From an uncultured delta proteobacterium (GTDB lineage Bacteria; Desulfobacterota; Binatia; UBA9968): a DNA stretch of 64,000 nucleotides. This document shows, in pieces, positions 33,010 to 44,067 of the stretch. Location of the stretch: NCBI GenBank assembly GCA_963755715.1, contig CAVWLW010000043.1, forward strand, positions 32,001-96,000, read 5' to 3'. The translations under genes were made by a program, and so were the position numbers. The notes under the pieces are model-generated. The model was not told the origin of the DNA and ran no database searches. It was given only the letters and a program-made list of their open reading frames with translations. How positions within the stretch are numbered: position 1 is the first letter of the stretch; each line of letters starts with the position of its first letter.

Positions 33010-33040
33010 TGCTCTCTAACTATTAACTGAGCCGCTTAGG
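33010..33040 (-). mobile_element. Right half / core site of an upstream attC (5' boundary of the cassette)
   Basis: Minus strand GCGGCTCAGTTAATA-GTTAGAGAGCA; the 11-mer is the exact complement of TGCTCTCTAAC at the cassette 3' end. Confidence 0.7.
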
Positions 33041-33266
33041 CCGCGCCGTTGCTGACCGCCTATCCCGGACCGCTCTACGATCGATTCAAACGGATATCGT
33101 ACGAAATATGCCTCTTCTGCAAAAATCCTGTCAAGATTTTGTGCGTGGGAAATGCCGCCAACTTGGCGGGCTATCCCAATATTGGCCGGCCGCCTAGTTC
33201 TGGTCTGGCTGTCAAAAGCCCAGTACTCAGAGTACGGACAACAATCCGTGACTATTCGTCCTTGAT

Positions 33267-34570
33267 CTAACTCACCACCGTCAGCTCCCACGGATAGCCG
33301 TCGACGCACTCGGGTTCGCCGTCGGTGATGATAAACGTGTGGCCGAAGAAGATGCCGAACATGCCGTCGGCGGTGACGGCGTTGGGCTCGATCACGAGCA
33401 CCATGCCGGGCTGGAGCACCTGCTCGTATTCTTCGGCCTGGAAATGGTCAGTGAAGATGTGCGGCTCGGAGCTGACGAAGTCGATGCCGTGAATATGTAT
33501 GGGGCGAGACTGAACGCCTTTCTGCGCGATAAAATTGCGCGGCTTCGACTAACTCGTTCAGATGATGGCCCGCCCGCGCGACGGCGACCATTTTTTCAAA
33601 GCCGGGCAGCACGATGTCGTCGAAGAAGCGGCGTATCTCTTTCGGCGGCTCGCCGATGCAGACCGGCGAGCCGATCTGCGCGCTGTAGCCGCGGTAACCG
33701 GCGGCAAGCTCCATGATGACGATATCGCCGTTGCTGAGCACGCGGCCCGAAGGACGCGGATTGCCGAAGATCAACGCGGGATTTCTCATCGGCGTGGAGC
33801 CGATAATCGCGAAGTCGACGTCTCCGCCGCCTTCGAGAATGGCGCCGGCTGCGGCGGCTTTGAGCTGGTATTCGGTCACGCCGGGCCGGCAACGGTCTGC
33901 CAGCGCCTCGCAGCGCGTTCTCACAGAGCTTGCCCGCCTTACGGATGCACTGAAGCTCTTCGTCACTTTTCTTGTAGACCAACTCATGCATTAGGCCCGA
34001 CTCGAAACTGAAGCTAGCGTTGGGCAGTGCCTCTCTCAGCGCATTGTACTGGTTGACGGGAAGATAATCGTGAAAGCGCGGGTCGACTTCCAAGATGCCG
34101 ATCTTGCCGCGTTCGAGACCGAGCTCTTTGATGCGCTCGATCATCACTTCCGCGAAGCGTCCGCCGCGCGACTGGCGCACGTCTTTGATGGCGCTTTCTC
34201 TGCGAGTCGCTTCGATGTGCGTGCCGCCCATCGAATAGATCAACGTCGGCTCGCCTTCGAGAGGGAAGACGACGTAATTCGCCATGGCGTGCCATTCCCA
34301 ATGGCCGGAGAGCCAGAGCATGCCACCGCCGAAGCTCCAGTGATTCGGCCCGCCGGGCACGATCACGCAGTCCAGGCCGCGCTCACGCATCTTGGATTTC
34401 AGCGCTTCATAGCGTCGCTGATATTCGCGCATCGGAAAATTTTTCATAGACTGCGTCGCGATAGTACGGCGAATCCACCATGTTGTTGAAGACGCGCCAG
34501 TCGTCGAGCTGATTTTTGATCTCAGCGAATGGGTAAGCCGGCATTTGGGTTCTCGCTCTTGCTCTCTCAT
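33267..34570 (-). CDS. M24 (Xaa-Pro peptidase/creatinase-like) family protein, several frameshifts
   Basis: EYQRRYEALKSKMRERGLD, KSDEELQCIRKAG, RPGVTEYQL, GDIVIMEL, HGID, LQPGMVLVIEPN across three frames. Confidence 0.8.
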
Positions 34571-34613
34571 CCGCGTTCGTGATTTGTGTTCGTCACGATC
34601 ACGAAGCACGATC

Positions 34614-35681
34614 TCAATCCGCACAGCCTTTGATCTTCGTTGGCCCGCCCACGGCTTTCAGCGCCTCCTCTCCCAGCTTGATGTCTACGACACGCTCGTA
34701 ACTAGGCTTTTTCTCCGCTGGGATGTCGCCGTTTTCGATGGCGTTTTCAACGGACCAGTCCGTACGATCTTTTGAGAAGCCGGTGTTTACGCTCCAGACG
34801 CAATTTTTGACCAGGTTGTCATAGGCAAAGCTCACCGCATCCTGCGGCTTTTTCGTTGCGTTGACCATGATGGGAATCACCTTTTCCTTCTGCGTGTAAA
34901 TTATTCTGTTCGCCTCAATCAAGGCGGAAACGGTATCACGCACCAGTGCCCGCTCGCGCGCGAGTTGGCTATCACCGGCACCGTAGGCGTTAAAAAAATA
35001 CTTAGGCATGAGATCGACGAGTTGAGCCAACACGTGCACGCCGGGCTTTTCTTTTTGCGCCAGGTAGACATCTTCGGGGTGGAGCGCGACGCCGTTTAGC
35101 TGGCCCGCGATCAATCCGGGTAGACGGCCGGCCGTGCCCTGGGAGATGAACTGCACGTCTTCGACTTTGAGTCCGGCCGTTTTCAACACTTCGCGGCCCA
35201 TGACCCAATTAAAGCTTCCCACTCCACCGCCGGCTGCGCTGAGACGCTTGCCCTTCAAGTCCACGGCGGTTTTGACGTCTTCACTTACCACGTAAGCTTG
35301 TGGGAGGCGTGGCGCCATGCCCCAAATCTGCTTCGCGGTCATCCCTTGGGCGATGGCGGTGGCATTCATCGACGCCATGGTTCCGCCTTTAGCGACGGCG
35401 ACCAGATTGGTGGCCGAGAGGCCGCCTTCAAATTCAATAATCTCAGCTTCGATGCAGTGGCTTGCGAAAATGCCTAGGTCGCGGGCGACATAAACCGGAG
35501 TGTGAACCACGTTGGGCGGGGCGACAGAGACGCCGAGCTTTACCTTGCGCATTTCTTTACACGCCGGTTTCGGCTGTGCGGCAGCCATTTGCACCCCGAA
35601 CGGGAGGATGCAAAGGACCAGTGCTCCGATGCCCGCAAGGCTCATCGAGCCGTTAGCCTTTACCATGCTGTGATTTCTCAT
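34614..35681 (-). CDS. NitT/TauT (NMT1-like) ABC substrate-binding protein
   Basis: RBS GAGGAGG, signal peptide, DLKGKRLS, next to the permease and ATPase. Confidence 0.85.
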   Translation of the reverse strand: MRNHSMVKANGSMSLAGIGALVLCILPFGVQMAAAQPKPACKEMRKVKLGVSVAPPNVVHTPVYVARDLGIFASHCIEAEIIEFEGGLSATNLVAVAKGGTMASMNATAIAQGMTAKQIWGMAPRLPQAYVVSEDVKTAVDLKGKRLSAAGGGVGSFNWVMGREVLKTAGLKVEDVQFISQGTAGRLPGLIAGQLNGVALHPEDVYLAQKEKPGVHVLAQLVDLMPKYFFNAYGAGDSQLARERALVRDTVSALIEANRIIYTQKEKVIPIMVNATKKPQDAVSFAYDNLVKNCVWSVNTGFSKDRTDWSVENAIENGDIPAEKKPSYERVVDIKLGEEALKAVGGPTKIKGCAD

Positions 35682-35702
35682 CGTCTGCCTCCTCTTTTTT
35701 AA

Positions 35703-36586
35703 TCATTCTCTTCCGGCGTGATGCATCCAAGGCGTGACGCGCCGTTCGATGACGCGCAGCAATCCCGTCAGGGTAATGCCGAGAACACCCAGCGTGACTA
35801 TCGGCACAAACATCGCGTCCGTGCGGTAAATGCTCGCATAGCGGGAAATAAGATAACCAATGCCGGTGATCGCGGTGTAGAGATCGGCGAGCACCATGCC
35901 GATCAGTCCGCGGCCGATGGACAAGCCTCAGACCGGCACGATGAAAGGCACCGCCGCGGGCAAGACAATGTGAATCCAGAGCTGGCGCTCGCTGCAGCGA
36001 AAGGCGCGTCCGACTTCGGTGAGACGGTTGCATCGACATTTTTTACGCCTTGATGGGTGTTGATGACAATCGGAAAAAAGGTGAAAAGAAAAACCACGGC
36101 GATCTTGGCGGTGATCTCAAAGCCGAACCACAGGACCAATACCGGGACAGAGCGACGGATGGGATCGAATAGAGCGCCGTAATGTAGGTATCGAGCGCGA
36201 CATCAACGACCCAAAAGCGCGCCATGATGAGTCCCAGGGCGATGCCGAAAACCGTCGCCAAACCGAGACCGGCGAACAGTACGATGAGACTCTGGGAAAG
36301 ATATTTCCACAGTTCGCCGCTGGCGATCATTTTGGCGGCTGCGGCTGGCGACGGCGGTCGGATAGGTAAATAAAATGGGATTGATATTTCGGCCCAAATA
36401 TTCCCAGGCGCTCAGCACGACGGCGAGAGAAACGACGCGGATCGCGATCTGGCCGCCGTCCACTGTCGCTGTTGGACAGCGTTTGCCCGTTCCCGGGCCG
36501 CTCGTTGTTCGGCGCTGACCTCAGGATCTGATAGCCGGCGGTGCAGCGCGGGCTGACGCTGTACTCTCCGCCTGTGTGACGCTCAT
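35703..36586 (-). CDS. NitT/TauT ABC permease, several frameshifts
   Basis: Fragments AWEYLG..PTAV, LYSIPSVA, FFPIVINT..GV, IGRGLIGMVLAD..GIGYLI; ATG overlaps the ATPase stop. Confidence 0.78.
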
Positions 36587-37357
36587 AGACCTCCTCGACG
36601 ACTGTAGGGCGCAGCTCCTCCCAAATATAATTGCGCAATTCGGTGTAGTGCGCATGAGACGCGCACAGCGGCCGGGTCGCGCGGCCGTTTAAAATCGACC
36701 GGCAAGATCTCCTTCACTCGGCCCGGCCGGGACGCCATGACTGCCACGCGGTCCCCCAACACAATCGCCTCGTCGATCGAGTGGGTAATGAAAAGCATGG
36801 TCTTGCGTTCGCGCTCGTGGAGCTGGAGAATTCCTCTTGAAGCACCTCGCGCGTCTGGGCATCCACCGAGGCGAAGGGCTCGTCCATCAGTAGAATCTCA
36901 GGGTCGATCGCGAGGGCGCGCGCCAGGCCGACGCGCTGCTGCATGCCGCCGCTGAGCTGGTAGGGATAATGAGTTTCGAATCCGGTCAAGACCGACCAGC
37001 TTGATGTAGACGGACGGTTCGCTCTTTGATCAGCTGGCGTGGTGCCCCGCGATCTGAGCCCGAAGGCGACATTTTCGGCGACAGTCTTCCACGGCAATAG
37101 GCCAAATGTTGGAAGACGATAGCGATGCCCTCGCGCGGTCGAACTTACCGGCTGGCCGTCGATCAGAATCCGTCCTGACTCGAGCGCAGAAGACCGCCGA
37201 TGCATCGCAGTAAAGTCGTCTTGCCGCAGCCGGAAGGGCCGACCACGCAGAGAACTTCTTTGCTTTTTATTTGCAGATCGACATTGCGAAAGGCGACGAC
37301 CGATCCTTCGAGGAAGAGCTTACTGGCGCGATCGACAATGATCTTTACGTCGGGCAT
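36583..37357 (-). CDS. NitT/TauT ABC ATP-binding protein, several frameshifts
   Basis: [39 protein letters not shown] in different frames. Confidence 0.85.
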
Positions 37358-37397
37358 AGAAAGAGGTTAACGCGTATCTCAGTTGGACAATGCCAGC

Positions 37398-38396
37398 TCA
37401 TTTCGCTTCCGGTATCTCGATTTTGCCGACGCGCTTGATGGCGTCCGCCAGCATTTTTGCGTCTTTGTCCCAGAACTTTTGAAATTCCGGCGCGTCGAGA
37501 TAGGCGATCGGCGTCTCGAGCTTTTCCATGGCCGTTTTGAATTCGGTACTGCTCACCGCCTGTTTCACGGATTCGCGGATGGTTTTCATCACCGCCGCCG
37601 GGGTTCCGCGCGGCGCAAACAGCCCGGCCCAGATGTAAAACTCGATGTCGTATCCAAGTTCCTTGAACGTAGCGACATCCGGCAGGGAAGCGACTCTTTT
37701 GGCGCCCCAGCCGGCGAGCGGCCTCAGCTTTCCTGCCTTAATGTGCGGGATCACCACCGCGGGTCCGGAGGCGAGGGTGTCGACGTGACCCCCGAGGAGC
37801 GCTGTGAGCGCGGGACCCGCTCCCGAGTAAGGAACATGCTTGAGATTGATTCCGGCGCCATGAGTGAGCATCTCCATCGCCATGTGCAGGGTGCCATACA
37901 CGCCGGAGGAAGAATAGGATATTTCTCCCGGCCGCTTCTTGGCGTCATCGACAAACTCCTTCACGCTTTTCCACGGTCGGCTCGCGTTGACGACGAAGAT
38001 CGTCGGATCGGCGGAGATTAGCGCGATGGGAATGAGCTGGTCCATGGTGTAGGCGGGCTTGCGGTCGAAGAGCTTGTCCGCTTCCGGAATAATCGAGATG
38101 CTCGAAAGAGCCATGAGCAAATTGTAGCCGTCGGGTTTGCTGTTGGCGACAAAGGACATGCCCACCGCGCCCGCTGCGCCGGTCTTGTTCACTACGACAA
38201 CGGGATTTTTCAGGACCTTCTCCAGAGCGGCCGCCACGGGACGCGCGGTAAGATCGGCAACTCCGCCGGGAGGAAAAGGCGCGACGATGGTAACCGGACG
38301 GTCCGGGTATTTTTCTTGCGCGGAAACTGTCACCGCCAGGACGAGCAAAATCATCAAAGGGAGTAAAAGAAAATATCGTCGGTATGAGCGCATCAT
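37398..38396 (-). CDS. tctC: Tripartite tricarboxylate transporter substrate-binding protein (Bug/TctC)
   Basis: YPDRPVTIVAPFPPGGVAD, NKTGAAG, HVPYSGAGPA, WAGLFAPRGTP. Confidence 0.92.
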   Translation of the reverse strand: MMRSYRRYFLLLPLMILLVLAVTVSAQEKYPDRPVTIVAPFPPGGVADLTARPVAAALEKVLKNPVVVVNKTGAAGAVGMSFVANSKPDGYNLLMALSSISIIPEADKLFDRKPAYTMDQLIPIALISADPTIFVVNASRPWKSVKEFVDDAKKRPGEISYSSSGVYGTLHMAMEMLTHGAGINLKHVPYSGAGPALTALLGGHVDTLASGPAVVIPHIKAGKLRPLAGWGAKRVASLPDVATFKELGYDIEFYIWAGLFAPRGTPAAVMKTIRESVKQAVSSTEFKTAMEKLETPIAYLDAPEFQKFWDKDAKMLADAIKRVGKIEIPEAK

Positions 38397-38417
38397 TCAC
38401 CTCCGATGGTCGGTCTG

Positions 38418-39953
38418 TCAAAGCTTTTCTGCCTCACTTGTGGCGTCTATTCCGAGCTTCTGCCGCCAATCAAGGGTTTTCCTGAGGAACGGCAGGAGGC
38501 TGAGCAGCAGGAGCACAAATCCACAAAACAGCATCACCGACGCGATCGGCCGATTGACGAAGATCGCGTAGCTCCCCGAGGACATGGCCAGCGATTGGCG
38601 AAAGCTCATCTCCAGCATCGGCGCGAGTATGAGCCCCAATACTACCGGCGCGGTCTCGAAGTCAAACTTGCGAAGCAAATAGCCGAGCGCGCCCATCGCA
38701 GTCATGATGCCGACGTCGACGGCACTGCCATTGACCGCGTAAACACCGAGAACGCAAAACATCAGGATCGCGGGATAGAGTAACGGGTAAGGCACTCGCA
38801 ATATATTGACGAAGAGTCCCACCAGGGGAAGGTTGAAGATCAACAGCATCACGTTACCGACGTACATGCTGGCGATAAAACCCCAGAAAAGCTCAGGCTG
38901 CTGAGAGATCAGCAGCGGCCCAGGCGAAATTCCATGCACCATCATGGCGGCGATCATCACCGCGGGTATCGGTCCGGAAGGAAGACCGAGAGCGAGCATG
39001 GGAACAAAGGCGCCGGACGTGGCGGAGTTATTAGCCGACTCGGGGCCGGCGACGCCTTCGATGGCGCCGTGTCCGAAGCGCTCCGGGTGTTTGGCAAGAC
39101 GTCGCTCCACGGCGTAGGAAACGAACGATGCGATGATATGAGCGGAGCCGGGAATGATGCCGATGAAGAAGCCGAGCACCGTTCCTCGCCCGATCGGCCA
39201 GATCGAGTCGCGCCATTCCTCGGCCGAGGGAAGGAGGTCTTTCAGTTTGGGCTTTTTGACTTCAGGGGCAGTGGGTTGACCCGCGGTCAGCAGAATTTCA
39301 GAGAGACCGAACAGTCCCACGGCCACCGGAACGACGCCGATACCGTCACCCAGTTCGACCAAGCCATAGCTAAAGCGAAAGAAGCCCGTCATCGGATCGA
39401 TGCCGATCATGCCCAGGAGAAGCCCCAGTGCCGCCATCGCGAGAGACTTGAGCATGGAACCGCCGCTCATATAGGCGAGCACTAGTAGGCCGAGCATGAG
39501 AAGGGCGAAATACTCGGGCGGTCCGAAGCGAAGCGCGAAGTTGGCTAAAGGCGGAGCCAGCAGCATGAGGCCAACGATGCTGACCGTCCCGGCGACATAG
39601 GAGCCAATGGCGGCAATCGCCAGCGCAGGTCCGGCGCGGCCTTTGCGCGTCATCTCGTATCCGTCGATGCAAGTCATGACGGATGCCGCTTCGCCGGGAA
39701 TCCGCATCAGGATTGAAGTGGTCGAACCGCCGTACATCGCGCCATAGTAGATGCCGGCGAGGAGTACGATCGCCGAGGTAGCGTCAAGACCGAAAGAAGC
39801 GGGAAGCAGCAAGCTGATGCCGGCGAGCGGACCGATGCCCGGCAAGACGCCGACCAGAGTGCCGACAATACAGCCGACAAAGGCGTAGAGGAGGACGCTA
39901 GGCGCAAGCGCCACTGAAAAACCGATGTAAAGATTGTGCAACGTTTCGGTCAT
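38418..39953 (-). CDS. tctA: Tripartite tricarboxylate transporter large permease
   Basis: [36 protein letters not shown]. Confidence 0.93.
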   Translation of the reverse strand: MTETLHNLYIGFSVALAPSVLLYAFVGCIVGTLVGVLPGIGPLAGISLLLPASFGLDATSAIVLLAGIYYGAMYGGSTTSILMRIPGEAASVMTCIDGYEMTRKGRAGPALAIAAIGSYVAGTVSIVGLMLLAPPLANFALRFGPPEYFALLMLGLLVLAYMSGGSMLKSLAMAALGLLLGMIGIDPMTGFFRFSYGLVELGDGIGVVPVAVGLFGLSEILLTAGQPTAPEVKKPKLKDLLPSAEEWRDSIWPIGRGTVLGFFIGIIPGSAHIIASFVSYAVERRLAKHPERFGHGAIEGVAGPESANNSATSGAFVPMLALGLPSGPIPAVMIAAMMVHGISPGPLLISQQPELFWGFIASMYVGNVMLLIFNLPLVGLFVNILRVPYPLLYPAILMFCVLGVYAVNGSAVDVGIMTAMGALGYLLRKFDFETAPVVLGLILAPMLEMSFRQSLAMSSGSYAIFVNRPIASVMLFCGFVLLLLSLLPFLRKTLDWRQKLGIDATSEAEKL

Positions 39954-39967
39954 GGATGCCGAAGAGA

Positions 39968-40291
39968 GTTGAGGATTGACGATCGAGGATCGAAGATGGC
40001 AAATCGCGGATTGAACATATCGATGCTTAATGTTCCCTTTCGGAGATGCTTGAAATCCCTCGCCCCTTCGACGCTGCTCAGGGCATGCTGCAGGCAAAGT
40101 GAAAGTTCGTCATGCCGGTGAAAACCGGCATCCAGGTTCGTTTTTGGCTCAAGTTCAACACCCGCCTGGATTCCGGCGTGCGCCGGAAAGACAGAAAAAC
40201 AGTCGACTTTCAGTCGACCACGCCAGAATCCTCGGCTTGTAGCTCAGGGTCGTTGAGTCGTCCGTACTCAATCCTCCATTCTCCATCCTCG
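39968..40291. repeat. Composite repeat spacer between tctA and tctB: heptamer arms enclosing two REP-like units
   Basis: TGAGGAT/CGAGGAT arm ~39968-40015; CCCTTCGAC..GCTCAGGGC unit 40064-40089; GTCATGCCGG..CCGGCATCCA/TGGATTCCGG unit 40108-40194; complementary arm CAATCCTCCATTCTCCATCCTCG ~40268-40291. Confidence 0.75.
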
Positions 40292-40296
40292 GTTCT

Positions 40297-40737
40297 TCAA
40301 AATCCCCACGGTCCTTGCGGCAGGGGCACCCGCAAGGTGGTGTAGAAAAGGAAGTACGAACCGAAAGCCAAGCTAGAGGCGAATACCAGCGACAACGCCC
40401 AGCCGCGTTTCTCCACGACTTTGAGGAGAAAGCCGAGCATGAGGAGCACGGTGAGACGATAGCCGAGACGCTCAATGGCAAAGACAGCGAAGACGCACGC
40501 GGCCAAAATCGCCAAGGCATGGCGCCACTCCGTCCAGCGAAGTGATGATAGCGAGGGTGCACGCCCAGCGGTGAATATGAGGAGAACTCCAAAGATCAGA
40601 AGTAGCGAGGCCAAAAGAACGGGAACGTATGCTGGTCCGGGTTGGCGAAAAGTTCCGAGCGGAAGATGACGGCTCTCCAAAATCACGAGCAGCGCAAATA
40701 GCACGAGGATGCTCGCAGAAATCCGGTCGCGTGTCAT
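40297..40737 (-). CDS. tctB: Tripartite tricarboxylate transporter small permease
   Basis: LPLGTFRQPGPAYVP, ERLGY, LRVPLPQG; four TM segments. Confidence 0.88.
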   Translation of the reverse strand: MTRDRISASILVLFALLVILESRHLPLGTFRQPGPAYVPVLLASLLLIFGVLLIFTAGRAPSLSSLRWTEWRHALAILAACVFAVFAIERLGYRLTVLLMLGFLLKVVEKRGWALSLVFASSLAFGSYFLFYTTLRVPLPQGPWGF

Positions 40738-40810
40738 CGTGAGGATAGATTGTGACAAGTTGGCGGCGAGGCCGCCAGAACATCTCTCGAATCTCTTAAC
40801 AACTCCGCAT

Positions 40811-41963
40811 TTATCGGCCCCACAACTCTTTGCTCGCAAGCCGCGCGCCTTCGGCCATGGCTTCGAATTTCGCCCAGCAGATTTGTGGGCTGCCGACCCT
40901 CGGGCCGAGGCCGCAATCGGTGCCGGCCATGACGTTTTCGCGCCCGACGATTTTGGCGTAGCGCACGAGGCGGTCGGCGATCGCTTGCGGATGTTCGACG
41001 ATGTCCGTGGCGTGGCCGACGACGCCGGGGACGAGCACTTTGCCTGCGGGCAACTTCACTTCTTCCCAAACGCGCCACTCGTGTTCGTGGCGCGGGATTG
41101 GCCGCTTCGATGGAAATCGTGTTGCGCTTTAACTTTAAGATCAGGTCGATGATATCGCGCAGCGGGATGTCATATTTGTGAGGGCCATGATAGCTGCCCC
41201 AACAGGTGTGAAAGCGCACCCGGTCCGGCGGGATGTCACGTAAGCCGTGATTGAGCGCGTCGACGCGCAGAGCGGCATACTTGCGATATTCCGGGACGCT
41301 CATTTTCGACATGAACTGCCAGCCGTCGGGCAGATCGGGGTCGTCGATTTGCAGCAAAAAGCCGGCGTCGACGATCGCTTTGTATTCCTCGTGCATAGCG
41401 TCGGTAATGGCGACCAAGTAGGCTTCATCATTCGGATAGTAATCGTTCTTCATCCAGTGTTCGATGGTGCCGGGTGCAATGGCGGGAAGAAAAGCTTCTT
41501 CGTAAGTCTGGCCTTGCAGGCTCGCTTTGAAATCCTCGATTTCCGCTTTCAGCGATTCGTGGCCGACATACTTGAGCGGCGCGTTGCAGAAAACTCGCCT
41601 CAGGTTGTCGCCACGATGATAAGTCCGACTATGAAAATAATCGCTGAACTCGGTTAGATCGCGCGCATATATCGTCGAAGGAAGATCTTCGGGCTTTACT
41701 TCTCGTTCGCTAAAGCCGCTCAGCCGTTCGCGCGCGTAGCGGGAGAAATTGGACTTACCCACCTCGCCGTCGTTTATAACATCGAGGCCGCAAGTGATTT
41801 GCTTCTTGACGATGTCGGCGACCGCGCCGCGTACCCGTTTACCAAAGGCGTCCTTGTCGACGGGCTTTCCCGCGATCTGCGCGTTATGCATTTCTTTCAA
41901 ATCTGGTGGTTGCGGCAGCGCGCCGGCATGGGTGGTTAGAATGCGATCGGTGCTGTATTTCAT
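40811..41963 (-). CDS. Cobalamin-independent methionine synthase II-like (MetE C-terminal) protein, frameshifted near 41095
   Basis: ILTTHAGALP, INDGE, LQIDDP, HTCWGSYHGPH, EAANP, AGTDCG. Confidence 0.87.
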
Positions 41964-41987
41964 AGTGCCTCCCTTGAATTACGGTTT

Positions 41988-42067
41988 TGTCATTTCGAGG
42001 CGAAGCGGAGAAATCTTTCTGCGACCGAAGAAAAAACTTAGATCCCTCACTTTTGTTCGGGATGACA
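41988..42067. repeat. REP-like element, TGTCAT...ATGACA family
   Basis: TGTCATTTCGAGGCGAAGCGGAGAAATCT...AGATCCCTCAC..TTCGGGATGACA. Confidence 0.75.
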
Positions 42068-42094
42068 GTCTGCAACTTCCGGTCGCTTATCGCT

Positions 42095-43089
42095 TCACTT
42101 GAATGAGTCACTTACTTTCTGTGCGAAGCTAAAATCAAATACCCGTTCGGGCGGCGGCAGTTCCTTTGGCTTAACGCGCTGGGCCGCGACGGCAATCATC
42201 TCGCGCTGGACCTTTTCATCGACGGTTCCCGTTTGCAAATAATATTGGACTGCGGCCTCGTAGATACGCTCGGCAAAGCGGTCGCGATCCTTGCCGAGAT
42301 CGAGGTAGGGGCCTTTGATGAACTCGACGGCATATCTTCTTGTCACTACGAATCAGCCGGAGAGAGCGTTGGGTCACGCGAATCATTTTGGTCGACCAGC
42401 TCGGGTCGTTCGTTGATAATTGCTTTGGTCGTCGTCAGCCCGCCTTGCACGGCGCGGTAAAAGTCGGCGCCGGAGGCGAGCTTACGAAATCCCTCATCAA
42501 CGGCAAGAAAGTTCTGCGGAATCTGGAGCATGGTGGCATCAATGGTGCCGGCCTTCAAAGCTACATACATCACGTCGCTCGTGCCCAAAGGAAGAAAAGT
42601 AACTTGCTCCTGCGGAACCTTGTTGGCAAGAAAAATCTCGCGGGCGAGAGTTTCGGCCAGGGCGCCGAACGCCGTAATGCCGAGCTTTTTGCCGCGCATT
42701 TGTTGGAGGTTGGTGATGCTCGGCGCAGCGAGCAGATCGAAGGAGGGTTTGTCGCTCATAGCGAAGACGACCCGCACATCGATGCCGCTTAGCGCGGCGA
42801 CGATGGCCGTCCCGGTCGCCGTGCCGAAATCGATGCCGCCGGCCAGCATCGCCGGAATTGTTTGGGCCGCTTTCATAAAAATAAGTTCGGGCTCTAAACC
42901 CTCTTCTCGGAAATAGCCGCGGTCGCGGGCGATAATAAACGGCATGTCCAAAATACTCCGCGAAACATAGCCGATGCGCACAGGAGCCAATTTAGCGGAT
43001 TTTTCCGCAGACCAGAGGTTATCGTAGTGCGATGCGAGTGCGGCGAGGACGATTAAAAGCGATAGCAAAAAACGGGTCTTACATTTCAT
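42095..43089 (-). CDS. NMT1/SsuA-like substrate-binding protein, frameshifted near 42345-42390
   Basis: RIGYVSRS, GYFREEGLE, MRGKKLG, VFDFSF. Confidence 0.83.
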
Positions 43090-43160
43090 GTTTTCACCAT
43101 CCGATTGGCCGTTGATTGCGGCGAACACGAAACTCGAAACCCGAAACTAGAAATACTTTT

Positions 43161-43829
43161 TTACGCGTAGGCGTCATAGATGCCCTCGAACTTGGCGAGC
43201 TTGAAACGCACCATGTTTTTGGCGGCGGCGCGCACCAGTTCTTTCTCGCGATCCGAATTGGCGTTGCGCGCGATCGTCTCGGCGGCCATCGCCGTGTGTT
43301 CCTGGTCGACTTTGCCGTGCACGATGAAAAAAGTCCGGGCTCGGCTATCGAGGCCGTAATGCTTCTCCAGCGCTGCATCGAATTCGTCCGAATATCGCTG
43401 AACCATGGTTTCGTTGACTAGCGCACCGGCGCGGGTCTCCGCCGCTGTGCCGAGAAACATGCCGCGGATGATCGCTGCCGTGTGGGCGACGCACTCGAAG
43501 ATCATGATTTCCTTGTCGAAATCTTCGTCGGTCAAACCCATGGCTTGGCCGAATCGTTTCATCAACGCGGGATGGGACGATTCTTCGACGAAGAGTTCGA
43601 CGAACTGATTGTACGCAGGCGGGTTGCTGGCATTTTTCACCATACAAAATGCGAGCCCTTTGTTGATCGCGTGATTGGACAGATAGTGCTGCATGGCAAA
43701 GCCGGCGAGGCGCTTCTTGGAAAGCTTGCCCGCGCGCAGCTCGCTGAAATACCGGCTGTTCATTAGCTGGTCGACGCCCGGCAATATAATTTCACGCAAC
43801 ACGGACTCGACGAAAGCTTCGTTTCCCAT
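43161..43829 (-). CDS. Heme-oxygenase-like helical diiron protein (CADD/PqqC/TenA superfamily)
   Basis: GKLSKKRL..FAMQHY, EESSH, VNE, FFIVHGKVDQEH. Confidence 0.8.
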   Translation of the reverse strand: MGNEAFVESVLREIILPGVDQLMNSRYFSELRAGKLSKKRLAGFAMQHYLSNHAINKGLAFCMVKNASNPPAYNQFVELFVEESSHPALMKRFGQAMGLTDEDFDKEIMIFECVAHTAAIIRGMFLGTAAETRAGALVNETMVQRYSDEFDAALEKHYGLDSRARTFFIVHGKVDQEHTAMAAETIARNANSDREKELVRAAAKNMVRFKLAKFEGIYDAYA

Positions 43830-43941
43830 AATAACTCCTTAGATCCTTTAAGGTTGAGGCACGGAAACATTCTCAGAGGAGAAAAGGAGTGTCAAGGGTG
43901 AATTTCGCCAGCCCGCGCCTGCGAAATTTGGCCAACCTTGG

Positions 43942-43971
43942 TTGACAGCCCGGCGTGAGCCTCCTTATATT
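43942..43971 (+). promoter_or_regulatory. Putative sigma70 promoter of the rightward cluster
   Basis: TTGACA-18 bp-TATATT; a divergent TTGACA lies at 43890-43895 on the minus strand. Confidence 0.55.
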
Positions 43972-44067
43972 CGGTTGCGCCGCCAGTGGACCGCGGACGC
44001 GGCGGCAATCGACAGATTCAAAGGCGTAGGAATCTCTTGAAGCCAGACAATTTTGAGAGGATATAAA

